A stretch of 64,000 bases of DNA from Hydrurus foetidus (taxonomy: Eukaryota), in assembly GCA_900617105.1 (NCBI GenBank), contig UYFQ01000001.1, forward strand, positions 1,302,001 to 1,366,000. The letters run 5' to 3'. Positions 42,548-51,750 of the stretch are shown in pieces. How positions within the stretch are numbered: position 1 is the first letter of the stretch; each line of letters begins with the position of its first letter. The position numbers and the translations under genes are program-made. The notes below the pieces were generated by a model, which saw only the letters and a list, made by a program, of their open reading frames with translations, made no database searches and had not been told where the DNA came from.

Positions 42548-42772
42548 ATGAAACGACGGTCCCGCTCAGGTACAGCAGACCACGCCGACGAAGCGTCAAA
42601 GATGTCGCGGGCGGAGTTCGACTCCGAAATTCAACGGTGTTTGTGGGGCGCAGAAAATGGCGGTTCGTCCCAAGGACGTAAGTCTTTTTTCAAGCGGCTG
42701 GTTTGGCTAGAACAGCAACGCGAAGAGCTGTTTGAAGTAGTTGCCCCAAGGCGGGAGTTTAGGGAGCGATAG
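42548..42772 (+). CDS. Small hypothetical protein (cassette B)
   Basis: 74-aa ORF starting 10 nt after the core GTTAAATGAC; inverse core GTCACTTAAC follows the stop. Confidence 0.7.
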   Translation: MKRRSRSGTADHADEASKMSRAEFDSEIQRCLWGAENGGSSQGRKSFFKRLVWLEQQREELFEVVAPRREFRER

Positions 42773-42782
42773 GCCTGCTGTC

Positions 42783-42884
42783 ACTTAACAGGTTCGTCGA
42801 TTGGACCCACAACGGCGGGACGCGCTTCTGCCATTCTTTACCAGTAAGTGCGTCGTTGCGGTTCACTAACGGCCGACGTTGAAC
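42783..42884 (+). other. attC site of cassette B (degenerate)
   Basis: ACTTAAC AGGTT CGTCGATT GGACCCACAACGGCG...GCGTCGTTGCGGTTC ACTAACG GCCGAC GTTGAAC. Confidence 0.7.
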
Positions 42885-42945
42885 AAAACCGCTGACGCGG
42901 TGGTGGTCTGCACAAACTGCCACCGCGTCAGCGGTTTAGTTCAAC
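42878..42945. repeat. Long inverted repeat starting at the last cassette core site
   Basis: GTTGAACAAAACCGCTGACGCGGTGG ... CCACCGCGTCAGCGGTTTAGTTCAAC. Confidence 0.8.
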
Positions 42946-43022
42946 TGATGTCGCTGGCGTGTTTCTTTCTCATACCCATAGTTTTAGGGGGAATTCAGGG
43001 TCAGGCGGATCGCAAACACGTT

Positions 43023-43352
43023 CTAAGGCGCGATGGATTTGGAAAAAATATTCAAAACTGCCACGCCTGACACGATGAGCGTGAGGCCAATCACGGCGGC
43101 CACGTCCAGCTTTTGCCCCAAAACGAGCCAGCCGATCAAGGCAATCAGTGCCGTACCCACGCCTGACCAAATGGCATAGGCCACACCTACCGGCACGGTA
43201 CGTATCACCTCGGACAGACAGTAAAAAGCAAGGCCATAACCTGACACGACAGCCACAGAAGGCCAGAAACGGGTGAAACCGTCGGCCGCTTTGAGGGCGG
43301 AGGTTCCGATGACTTCAGAGATGATCGCGATCGCGAGGTAGAGCCAGTGCAT
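43023..43352 (-). CDS. SMR (EmrE/Qac-like) efflux transporter
   Basis: WLYLAIAIISEVIGTSALK, PVGVAYAIWSGVG; four TM segments. Confidence 0.92.
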   Translation of the reverse strand: MHWLYLAIAIISEVIGTSALKAADGFTRFWPSVAVVSGYGLAFYCLSEVIRTVPVGVAYAIWSGVGTALIALIGWLVLGQKLDVAAVIGLTLIVSGVAVLNIFSKSIAP

Positions 43353-43368
43353 GGCTCAGTTTACCAAC

Positions 43369-43671
43369 TCAATCCGCAAACAAGCGGTACATCGCATCCA
43401 CCGACTCATGCCCATACCCCACCGACCCCACGGGTACAGCACCATCTACAGCGGCCAGCACCGCAGCCGTGCCAATCGGACCAAAACCGCCACACAGTTC
43501 AATCAGCTGAACACCCTCAGCAACCAAACTGCAGGCCACTTGCGCACCTTGGGCAGGTGTCGATACGCCGACAGCAATCATTTCAAATTGAGGAGAAGCC
43601 ATGACGCTGCGGTGCTCTGCAGGGTCTAAGCCAGTGCCAGTCACGATAAATCCAAAACGGGTCAATGCCAT
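43369..43671 (-). CDS. Small conserved protein (DUF6506-like)
   Basis: GVQLIELCGGFGP motif; probably co-transcribed with the SMR gene. Confidence 0.65.
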   Translation of the reverse strand: MALTRFGFIVTGTGLDPAEHRSVMASPQFEMIAVGVSTPAQGAQVACSLVAEGVQLIELCGGFGPIGTAAVLAAVDGAVPVGSVGYGHESVDAMYRLFAD

Positions 43672-43785
43672 AGTAAGTTCCTTTGAAAGTCAGGTTGAAA
43701 ACCCCCATCATCGGGACACAATCTATGTCCGTCTACGTCTTTTATGGTCATGAATGAGACCCAAAAGGTCTTAACTTAAAACCCT

Positions 43786-44679
43786 ATGCTTGACCTCCAG
43801 CAACTGAACTGCTTCGTCGCCGTCGCGCAAACCCAAAGCATTGCGCGGGCCGCTGAGCGTTTGCATATTTCGCAGTCCCCCCTCAGCCGACAAATCATCG
43901 CGCTGGAAGAACGCCTGGGTTTGCAGCTCTTTGCCCGCAGCGGCAAGCGCTTGAAACTCAACACAGCAGGGCAACGCTTGCTCGTGGAGGCCACATCGCT
44001 GCTGGCGCAAGCCACCCGCCTGGAACGCTCACTGCGGGATGAGGCCAGCGGCGAAGCCGGGGTATTGTCCGTGGGCTATGTCGAAAGCGCGGTTCACGCG
44101 GGCGTACTTCCCACGGCCTTGCAGGCGCTGAAACGGCTGCGCCCCCAGGTGCGCGTGCAGCTGCACAACCTGAGGTCAAGCGCCCAAATCATGGCACTTC
44201 ACAAGGGCGAGCTGGACATGGCTTTCACCCACAGTCGGCCCTCCGACAGCGATGGCATGACTTACCGTCGCGTCGTGCATGAACCGTTCTTGCTGGCCAT
44301 CCCATCCGAGCACCCATTGGCCTGCACCGGACAAACTACGTCAATCACAGCCAAGCAACTCGATGCCCAACCCTTTGTGTTTGTGCCGCAAGCAGCGTCC
44401 CCAGCAGGCCACGCCGCGCTACTCAAGGCTTGCCGCCAAGCTGGGTTTGACCCCGATATTCACCACGAAGCAGCCGAACCCTCCGTCGTTCTGGGCTTGG
44501 TCGCCGCCGGTTTGGGCTTGGCGATTGTTCAATCAGGGCTGCGGCAGATGGCACCGTCAAGCGTCTGTCTGCGGCCTTTGCCCGAGGGGTTTACGCTCAT
44601 GTTGGAGGTCTACGCTGTGCTGCCTGTGCAAGCCTGCGCATCAGCCAAGGCCTTGTTGGATTTACTTCCCGTTTTATGA
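43786..44679 (+). CDS. LysR-family regulator
   Basis: SIARAAERLHISQSPLSRQIIALEERLG; divergent from the SMR operon. Confidence 0.93.
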   Translation: MLDLQQLNCFVAVAQTQSIARAAERLHISQSPLSRQIIALEERLGLQLFARSGKRLKLNTAGQRLLVEATSLLAQATRLERSLRDEASGEAGVLSVGYVESAVHAGVLPTALQALKRLRPQVRVQLHNLRSSAQIMALHKGELDMAFTHSRPSDSDGMTYRRVVHEPFLLAIPSEHPLACTGQTTSITAKQLDAQPFVFVPQAASPAGHAALLKACRQAGFDPDIHHEAAEPSVVLGLVAAGLGLAIVQSGLRQMAPSSVCLRPLPEGFTLMLEVYAVLPVQACASAKALLDLLPVL

Positions 44680-44805
44680 CTGTGTGGGGAGCAAAAGCCA
44701 TCCTACTCATACTTTGTGTGCCCTACACGACACCATTTTCAATTTATACCAAGCATTTGCTTTTCATAAAGAATATACTCCCCCGTCACCACCCCGGAGC
44801 CGTCC

Positions 44806-46026
44806 ATGCCCTCAGCGCTTGCCCCTGCCCTGCCGCCCGCCACTGCCGCGATGATGGAGCGCATTCGGGTTCAGCTCGCTACGGGGCAAGCAGACTGGCA
44901 GGCCTGCACCGATGCGGAAGCCAAAATTCCCGCCAGCAACTACTTTGACCCCGCCATGTGGCAGGCGGAACATCAGCATTTGTTCCGCGCCCTGCCCTTG
45001 ATCGCGGCACACAGCAGTGAATTGGCCCCTGGTCAGGTGTTGGCGCATGACAGTTACGGCGTGCCCTTGCTGCTCACGCGGGACAGTGAGGGGCAGGTAC
45101 GGTGCTTTTTGAACGTCTGCCGTCACCGGGGGATGCGCTTGGAAGGGTCTTGTGCCGCAGCGCCGCAAGCCGCTCGCAGCTGCACCGGTGTGGTCTGCCC
45201 GTACCACGGCTGGGCTTACAAGTTGGATGGCAGTTTGCGGCACATGAGGCAGGCGCAAGCGTTTGACGATTGCCCGTCCGTCGAGCGTGATTTGGTGGCC
45301 TTGCCTTGTGCTGAGCGGCATGGGTTGATATGGGTTATTCCGCATCAACCGCATGCAGGTACGGCGATGACAGCTATCAATTTAGATGCGTTTCTAGGGG
45401 GCTTGAATGACGAATTGCCGTTTCTGGAGATCGCCGGGCTGCGCCACTTTCGCACCATCGAGGCCGAGTACCCCGCCAATTGGAAGCTCATCATGGATGC
45501 GTTTTTGGAGCCGTACCACATCCGCATGCTGCACAAAGAGACGATTTACCCCTTCTTCACCGACGGCATCACCGCAGGTGCGCAGTTTGGCCAGCATATC
45601 TGCTCACTGGTAGCACGCCGCCCGGCTCAAGAATGGGCTGACACACCAAGCAGTGCAGTCCCCTTGAACCTGGATGCACTGCGCCGCTTGGTCACACCTT
45701 CCCACACCATCTTCCCCAACACGGTGACGATTTTTCACCCCGACTACCTGAGCCTGATTACCGTCTACCCCACCAGCGCCGAGACCCTGCGCTGGACGCA
45801 CAAGATGCTGATCCCCGCCGATAAAGCCTCATCAGACTGGACTTCGCATTGGGAAAAGACCTTCAAATTGATCGAAAAAGGCGTGTTCCAGGCCGAGGAC
45901 ATCCACTGCGCGGTGGAAACGCAAAAGGGCCTGAAAACCGGGGCCAACACCGCTTTGTCGATAGGCCGCATCGAGCAAGGCGTGGCGTGGTTCCATGCGC
46001 AGGTCAAACAGGCTATTCACGGTTAA
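44806..46026 (+). CDS. Rieske aromatic ring-hydroxylating oxygenase alpha-subunit-like protein
   Basis: NVCRHRG...CPYHGW Rieske motif; NWKLIMDAFLEPYHIRMLH. Confidence 0.9.
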   Translation: MPSALAPALPPATAAMMERIRVQLATGQADWQACTDAEAKIPASNYFDPAMWQAEHQHLFRALPLIAAHSSELAPGQVLAHDSYGVPLLLTRDSEGQVRCFLNVCRHRGMRLEGSCAAAPQAARSCTGVVCPYHGWAYKLDGSLRHMRQAQAFDDCPSVERDLVALPCAERHGLIWVIPHQPHAGTAMTAINLDAFLGGLNDELPFLEIAGLRHFRTIEAEYPANWKLIMDAFLEPYHIRMLHKETIYPFFTDGITAGAQFGQHICSLVARRPAQEWADTPSSAVPLNLDALRRLVTPSHTIFPNTVTIFHPDYLSLITVYPTSAETLRWTHKMLIPADKASSDWTSHWEKTFKLIEKGVFQAEDIHCAVETQKGLKTGANTALSIGRIEQGVAWFHAQVKQAIHG

Positions 46027-46123
46027 AAAAGGCGACAAACCGCCCCGTTGCGCACCTTTCGCACCTGATATGAACCCGATAAACTGCCGTCAGCCCCACC
46101 CTATTCCCACGAAAGAGTCCCTC

Positions 46124-46312
46124 ATGATTGCAGAACAAGAACAAGTCGCACGACGCGCTACTGTGCAAAACGCACTGGCCAGCCAACGCATGGAGGGCTT
46201 GGAGCCAGAACGCCAGGTGCTGGAAGATGCCCAAAAGTGGATACGCGGTGAAAAGAGCATCAGTCAGGCCATTGCCGAATTCAAAGCCAGACTTCAACGC
46301 ACACCGGCATGA
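46124..46312 (+). CDS. VbhA-family Fic antitoxin
   Basis: 62 aa with inhibitory motif SQRMEG; ATGA overlap with the Fic gene. Confidence 0.8.
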   Translation: MIAEQEQVARRATVQNALASQRMEGLEPERQVLEDAQKWIRGEKSISQAIAEFKARLQRTPA

Positions 46313-46899
46313 AATACGCAGGTGACCGGGGCGACCCCTATCTGGACAAAGACACCGGGGTCTTACGGAATTTACTGGGCATCACCCATCAATCAGCCTT
46401 AGATGAAGCGGAATCCAGTTTGTCTTTTTTGCGCACCAGCGAATTACGTGAGCAGCCGGTACTTGGTAATTTCGACCTGTCGCACTTGCAAGCCATTCAC
46501 CAGCGACTTTTTTGCGATGTGTATGACTGGGCAGGGCAACTTCGATCCGTCGAAATTCAGAAGGGCAGTACTGACTTTGCCCGGCATCTGGTAATCGAAA
46601 GCGCAGCCAGACAATTGTTTGGGCAACTTGCCAAGGAACAACATTTGTGCGGTCTTGATGCTGCACAGTTTAGCCAGCGAGCCGGGTATTACTTGGGCGA
46701 AATCAACGTGCTGCATCCTTTTCGAGAAGGTAACGGTCGGACTCAGCGTGAATTCATTGCACAACTTGCCCTGCAAGCAGGGTATTCGATGGATTGGGGT
46801 GACATCAGTCAAGCGGAAATGATTCATGCGTCCATTGCGGCCTACAACAGCGATGCCGCAGCCTTGGCCCGGTTGATTCGGCGGGCGCTTGTGCCTTAA
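46309..46899 (+). CDS. Fic-domain (class I) AMPylating toxin
   Basis: Canonical HPFREGNGRTQR. Confidence 0.92.
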   Translation: MKYAGDRGDPYLDKDTGVLRNLLGITHQSALDEAESSLSFLRTSELREQPVLGNFDLSHLQAIHQRLFCDVYDWAGQLRSVEIQKGSTDFARHLVIESAARQLFGQLAKEQHLCGLDAAQFSQRAGYYLGEINVLHPFREGNGRTQREFIAQLALQAGYSMDWGDISQAEMIHASIAAYNSDAAALARLIRRALVP

Positions 46900-47084
46900 G
46901 TGCTGAATGGTCTCCAATGTCTATCTGAAAAAATGGAATATGTCCCACAGCCTGTGGAACATATTCCATCAAGCAAGTCAAAAATAACACCAAATAGGCC
47001 ACCAGAACATACAAATACTGCGTAGGCAGCTATCATTTTTCACTGTCAAATTTACCCCACCCAACCCACTCCAAGGAGATCCCG

Positions 47085-48290
47085 ATGACCGAAGCCTATG
47101 TGTACGACGCCATCCGCACCCCACGCGGTAAAGGCAAAAAAGACGGCAGCCTGCACGAAGTCAAGCCCGTGAACCTGCTGGCTGGCGTGCTGACCGAATT
47201 GCAGCGCCGCAACGACTTTGATACCGCGCAGGTGGACGATATCGTCATGGGTGTGGTGTCCCCAGTCGGCGAACAAGGCTCGGTGATTGCCAAGGTGGCG
47301 GCGCTCAAGGCGGGCTGGGATTTCACCTGCTCAGGCGTGCAAATCAACCGCTTTTGCGCCTCGGGCCTGGAAGCGGTCAACATGGCAGCGCAAAAAGTGC
47401 GCTCAGGCTGGGAGGATTTGGTCGTTGCCGGTGGCGTGGAAAGCATGAGCCGCGTGCCGATTGGCTCCGATGGTGGGGCCTGGGCACAAGACCCAGAAAC
47501 CAACTCCGCCACGCTGTTTGTGCCCCAGGGCATTGGTGCCGATTTGATCGCCACCATCGAAGGTTTCAGCCGTGCCGACGTGGATGCGTTCGCGCTGGAA
47601 TCGCAAAAACGGGCCACCGCTGCCCGTGCTGCCGGTTACTTTGACCGCTCCATCGTGCCGGTGAAAGACTTCCTGGGCCAAACGATTTTGGCGCAAGACG
47701 AGTTCATCAAACCGGGCACCACGCTGGAAGGCTTGGGTGGCTTGAAGCCCGCTTTCGAGCAACTCGGCGCGATGGGCTTCAACCAAGTCGCGCTGAACCG
47801 CTACCCGCAGGTTGAGCGCATCCACCACGTTCACCACGCCGGTAATTCGTCGGGCATTGTGGACGGTGCCGCCGCTGTGCTGATCGGCTCTGAGGCTGCG
47901 GGCAAAACCCACGGCTTCACGCCGCGTGCCCGCATCGTGTCGGTGGCACTCAGCGGTGCCGACCCCACCATCATGCTGACCGGCCCCATGCCTGCGGCCC
48001 GCAAAGCACTGGCCAAAGCGGGGCTGACGATGGATCAAATCGACTTGGTGGAAATCAACGAAGCCTTCGCCGCCGTCGCCATGCGCTTCATGAAGGAAAT
48101 GCGCGTGCCGCACGAGAAAGTCAACGTGAACGGCGGCGCGATCGCGATGGGCCACCCGCTGGGGGCCACCGGCGCGATGATTTTGAACACGGTGATTGAC
48201 GAGCTGCACCGGCGCGGTCTGCGCTACGGCATGGCCACGCTGTGCGTGGGCGGTGGCATGGGTATCGCCACGATCGTTGAACGCATTTAA
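47085..48290 (+). CDS. Acetyl-CoA C-acyltransferase (thiolase)
   Basis: [27 protein letters not shown]. Confidence 0.95.
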   Translation: MTEAYVYDAIRTPRGKGKKDGSLHEVKPVNLLAGVLTELQRRNDFDTAQVDDIVMGVVSPVGEQGSVIAKVAALKAGWDFTCSGVQINRFCASGLEAVNMAAQKVRSGWEDLVVAGGVESMSRVPIGSDGGAWAQDPETNSATLFVPQGIGADLIATIEGFSRADVDAFALESQKRATAARAAGYFDRSIVPVKDFLGQTILAQDEFIKPGTTLEGLGGLKPAFEQLGAMGFNQVALNRYPQVERIHHVHHAGNSSGIVDGAAAVLIGSEAAGKTHGFTPRARIVSVALSGADPTIMLTGPMPAARKALAKAGLTMDQIDLVEINEAFAAVAMRFMKEMRVPHEKVNVNGGAIAMGHPLGATGAMILNTVIDELHRRGLRYGMATLCVGGGMGIATIVERI

Positions 48291-48329
48291 TTGGAATCTG
48301 ACCCCCATTAAAGAATTGGGATTACACCT

Positions 48330-50483
48330 ATGAAAACCATCCAATACGCCTTTGATAACGGCATCGCCACCCTCACTTTTGATGAGCCCGGCTCGCCCGT
48401 CAACACCATGTGCCGCCAGTGGCAAGAAGACCTCACCAACGTCACAGCGCAGGTTCTGTCTGATAAGTCTGCTATCAAAGGCATAGTATTAGCGTCCAAC
48501 AAGACCACCTTTTTTGCCGGTGCCGACCTGAAAGGCACGATGCGCTTGCAAGCTGCGAACGCATCGGACGTGTTCAAAGAGATTGAACAAACCAAAAAGA
48601 ACTTTCGCACCCTGGAAACCCTGGGCGTGCCCGTCGTATCGTGCATCAACGGCGCAGCGTTGGGCGGTGGCTGGGAAGTCGCGCTGGTAGGCCACCACCG
48701 CATCGCCATTGACGACAAAAAAATCCAGCTCGGCCTGCCTGAAATCACCCTCGGGCTGATGCCTGGTGCCACGGGCGTCACCAAAATGACGCGGCTGTTG
48801 GGCCTGATGGCGGCGCAACCGTACATCCTGGAAAGCAAACTCTTTACACCCGCAGAGGGCCACGCCCTGGGCTTGATCCACGCACTGGTCGCCCCTGGCG
48901 CCAACGCCGCCGCCGAAATGCGCGAAAAGGCGCTGGCCTGGATAGCGGCCAACCCCAGCTCACAGCAACCGTGGGACGACAAAGCCTACAAAATGCCAGG
49001 CGGCACGCCCAGCAACCCCAAAATCGCCGGTGCCTTGGTCGTCGCCCCCGCGATGCTCAAAAAAACCTCGCGTGGCCTGTACCCTGCCCCTGAAGCCGCC
49101 TTGGCGGCCATGGTGGAAGGCGCGATGGTGGACTACGACACCGCCACCCGCATTGAAAGCCGCTACCTCGCCCGCCTGATCGTCAGCCCGGTGGCGAAGA
49201 ACATGATCAACACGTTCTTTTTCAACATGAACGCGATCAAGTCTGGCCAAAGTCGTCCCAAAGACGTGCCCCGTTTCAAACCCAGCAAAGTCGGCCTGCT
49301 GGGCGCGGGCATGATGGGTGCAGGCATCGCCTACGCGCAAGCCAGCCGGGGCATCGCCACCGTGTTGAAAGACGTGGCCCTGGACAAGGCCGAAAACGGC
49401 AAAGCCTACAGCCAAAAACTCACGCAAGCCCGCGTGGACAAAGGCCGCATGACGGCAGAGGCCCAAGCCAAGCTGCTCGCCTGCATCACCCCGACGGAAA
49501 GCTACGACGATCTGCAAGACTGCGACCTCATCATCGAAGCCGTGTTCGAGCAGCGTGATTTGAAAGCCAAAGTCACCCAAGCCGCAGAACCCAAGCTCAA
49601 AGCCGGTGGCTTTTTCGCCAGCAACACCTCCACCCTGCCCATCAGCGGCCTTTCCGCAGCCAGCGCCAAGCCCGAGAAATTCATCGGCATCCACTTCTTC
49701 AGCCCCGTGGACAAGATGAAGCTGGTGGAGATCATTCGCGGCAAGCAAACAGACGATGAAACCGTCGCCCGCGCTTTTGACTACGTGCAGGCTCTTGGCA
49801 AAATCCCTATCGTGGTGAACGACTCACGCGGCTTTTACACCAGCCGCACCTTCGGCACCTTCGTGATGGAGGGTGCCGCCATGCTGGCCGAGGGCATCCC
49901 CGCCCCGGTGATCGAAAACGCCGGCATCCAGTGCGGCATGCCCGTAGGCCCGCTGGCCGTGCTGGACGAAACGGCACTCTCCCTGAGCGTCCATGTGATG
50001 GAACAAACCCGCGCGGACATGGCGGCTGAGGGCAAGCCTTACGAAGTAACCCCTGGCCAGTTGCTGGTAGAGCGCATGGTGAAAGAACTCAAGCGCCCCG
50101 GCCGTGCGGGCGGTGGTGGCTTCTACGACTACCCGGTGGGCCAAAAGAAAGCCCTCTGGACGGGACTCAAAACCACGTTCGAACGTGCAGATGTGGCCTA
50201 CGACATGACCGACATCAAAGACCGCCTGCTCTACCGCCAAGCCGTGGAAACCGCCCGCTGCCTGTCTGAAAACGTGCTGACCACGGTGCATGACGCGAAC
50301 ATCGGCTCCATCTTCGGCATCGGCTTCCCAGCCTGGACAGGTGGCGCGATGCAGTTCATCTACGGCACAGGTGTGGATGCGTTTATTGAGCGTGCAGGGC
50401 AACTGGCGGCGAAGTTTGGCGATGGGTTTGCGTTGACGGATGCGGTGAAGGCCAGCATTCGGCAGCATCAGCCGGTGTATTAA
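48330..50483 (+). CDS. Enoyl-CoA hydratase/3-hydroxyacyl-CoA dehydrogenase (FadB/FadJ-like)
   Basis: ALGGGWE, GLPE, GAGMMGAGIA, SNTSTLPI, HFFSPV. Confidence 0.93.
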   Translation: MKTIQYAFDNGIATLTFDEPGSPVNTMCRQWQEDLTNVTAQVLSDKSAIKGIVLASNKTTFFAGADLKGTMRLQAANASDVFKEIEQTKKNFRTLETLGVPVVSCINGAALGGGWEVALVGHHRIAIDDKKIQLGLPEITLGLMPGATGVTKMTRLLGLMAAQPYILESKLFTPAEGHALGLIHALVAPGANAAAEMREKALAWIAANPSSQQPWDDKAYKMPGGTPSNPKIAGALVVAPAMLKKTSRGLYPAPEAALAAMVEGAMVDYDTATRIESRYLARLIVSPVAKNMINTFFFNMNAIKSGQSRPKDVPRFKPSKVGLLGAGMMGAGIAYAQASRGIATVLKDVALDKAENGKAYSQKLTQARVDKGRMTAEAQAKLLACITPTESYDDLQDCDLIIEAVFEQRDLKAKVTQAAEPKLKAGGFFASNTSTLPISGLSAASAKPEKFIGIHFFSPVDKMKLVEIIRGKQTDDETVARAFDYVQALGKIPIVVNDSRGFYTSRTFGTFVMEGAAMLAEGIPAPVIENAGIQCGMPVGPLAVLDETALSLSVHVMEQTRADMAAEGKPYEVTPGQLLVERMVKELKRPGRAGGGGFYDYPVGQKKALWTGLKTTFERADVAYDMTDIKDRLLYRQAVETARCLSENVLTTVHDANIGSIFGIGFPAWTGGAMQFIYGTGVDAFIERAGQLAAKFGDGFALTDAVKASIRQHQPVY

Positions 50484-50548
50484 GTCTGCGAAATTAGCTT
50501 TCAGTGCACATCACATCTGCGCTGAAAGCTATCAATTTAATTGCAAAA

Positions 50549-50737
50549 TCAACCTTTGTTAGCTTCCATTGCAAACCGCAGTAGCGCGGCACTGCTGTCC
50601 AGGTTGAAGCGCTGACGGATATTGGCCCGGTGCGCGTCTACGGTACGAAAGTCGATTCCCAAACTGCGGGCAACTTCTTTGCTGGTCAAGCCCTGGGCAA
50701 TCAGGGCCAGCACCTCGGTTTCGCGAGCGGTCAGCAT
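50549..50737 (-). CDS. Stand-alone or truncated LuxR-type HTH protein
   Basis: LTARETEVLALIAQGLTSKEVARSLGIDFRTVDAHRANI; the upstream sequence runs into the 45-bp repeat. Confidence 0.75.
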   Translation of the reverse strand: MLTARETEVLALIAQGLTSKEVARSLGIDFRTVDAHRANIRQRFNLDSSAALLRFAMEANKG

Positions 50738-50754
50738 GGGCTGCTGCGACGCAC

Positions 50755-50799
50755 TAAGAGAGTGTTTACGATCCTTGAAGAAGCAAAGCAAGGAATGTT
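50755..50799. repeat. 45-bp repeat, copy 2
   Basis: TAAGAGAGTGTTTACGAtCCtTGAAGAAGCAAaGCAAGGAATGTT. Confidence 0.85.
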
Positions 50800-50903
50800 A
50801 AATAGGCCAGTGCAAAACCTGACCCTGGCTTTTATGGGCAGTTTTTAGCAAAAAATCCTCCAAGCTGTAGCTTAAGAGGTTTGTCTTTTTCCAGAATGCA
50901 GCT

Positions 50904-51021
50904 GTGAATCAAAAAAGCCTCAATCTCAGGGACACCCAGGCTTCGCGTATGCTTTATTTGGCCGCTCCCGCAGTTGGTCAAGTATCCGAATTGATTGGAG
51001 CAGAGAAGTGCCGGGTTTCAT
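50904..51021 (-). pseudogene. intI: Integron integrase remnant (two N-terminal fragments)
   Basis: 51021-50962 gives MKPGTSLLQSIRILDQLRER and 50951-50904 gives HTRSLGVPEIEAFLIH, like IntI1 ...VLDQLRERIRY... and ...HPATLGSSEVEAFLSWL; divergent from the cassette array. Confidence 0.8.
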
Positions 51022-51034
51022 GGAAAATTTATAA

Positions 51035-51050
51035 CTGTATATTTATCCAG
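51035..51050. promoter_or_regulatory. LexA (SOS) box in the intI promoter
   Basis: CTGTATATTTATCCAG = CTG-N10-CAG, 13 bp upstream of the intI ATG. Confidence 0.85.
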
Positions 51051-51099
51051 CATACGCAATGAATTGCAAGGCTGCAAGCCAGTTTCAGGAGAATTCCAT

Positions 51100-51162
51100 G
51101 TCCAGTTTATCGAGCAACGTCCAGTTTCTAGAGCAGGTTATGCTCTGGACATTACGTTAAGT
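51100..51162 (+). other. attI-like site
   Basis: Direct repeats GTCCAGTTTatcGAGCA (51100) and GTCCAGTTTctaGAGCA (51119), then CTGGAC-ATTAC-G|TTAAGT at the start of the first cassette. Confidence 0.7.
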
Positions 51163-51172
51163 TTTCCTACCT

Positions 51173-51667
51173 ATGAGCGCAGATATCAATCCCGCCGACG
51201 AGGCTGAGCACATCGCAACACTTGTACATCCTGACGAGTACGCGAAGTACGTGAACCAAGTGGCAAGTATTTCGAGCGAGCGAATCCTATTCGTGAAGCG
51301 AAAGGAGTTGGCGATGACGCCTTTCGAACTGCTGCAGTTCGCGACTTCCTCATGCACCTCGGTGCGCTACCAAAAGAAGTTGGCGGTGATCCCTATGCTC
51401 ACAGGAGCCTTCTTCATAGGGCTGGTTGTTTTCATTCTTACCTCCGAAGTTGCCCCTGGAACAAGGGTGCCGGTTGGAGCGCTGGCGATACTCCTAGTCT
51501 TCGGAGCAATACTCTTCCTAGGACCTCGGCGCCATCAGCTCACGTTCGAAGTGGACGGCAAGACTTTGAAGTGGAAGAGTAAGGCCGGCGACTTCAAGTA
51601 CAAAGTGGTCAGCTCCCAAAAGGTCGTTGAGTGGGCGCGGGCGAAGGGAATTCTCCGTGAAGGCTAA
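51173..51667 (+). CDS. Hypothetical 2-TM membrane protein (cassette C)
   Basis: 164-aa ORF between core GTTAAGTTT and inverse core AAACTTAAC. Confidence 0.8.
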   Translation: MSADINPADEAEHIATLVHPDEYAKYVNQVASISSERILFVKRKELAMTPFELLQFATSSCTSVRYQKKLAVIPMLTGAFFIGLVVFILTSEVAPGTRVPVGALAILLVFGAILFLGPRRHQLTFEVDGKTLKWKSKAGDFKYKVVSSQKVVEWARAKGILREG

Positions 51668-51675
51668 GGACGGAA

Positions 51676-51733
51676 ACTTAACAGGTTGCTCCATCGGATC
51701 GCCTTCGGCTCCCGCTGAGCGCCAACGTTAGGC
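51676..51733 (+). other. attC site (58 bp, intact)
   Basis: ACTTAAC AGGTT GCTCCATC GGATCGCCTTCGGCTCCC GCTGAGC GCCAAC GTTAGGC. Confidence 0.9.
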
Positions 51734-51750
51734 CTTCAACGGAACCGCAT

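Noticed and set aside
43023..43352. SMR gene as a qac-type integron cassette
   Set aside because: It is opposite in orientation to the array, has no attC at its 3' end in the right orientation, and sits in an operon with a DUF6506-like gene and a divergent LysR.
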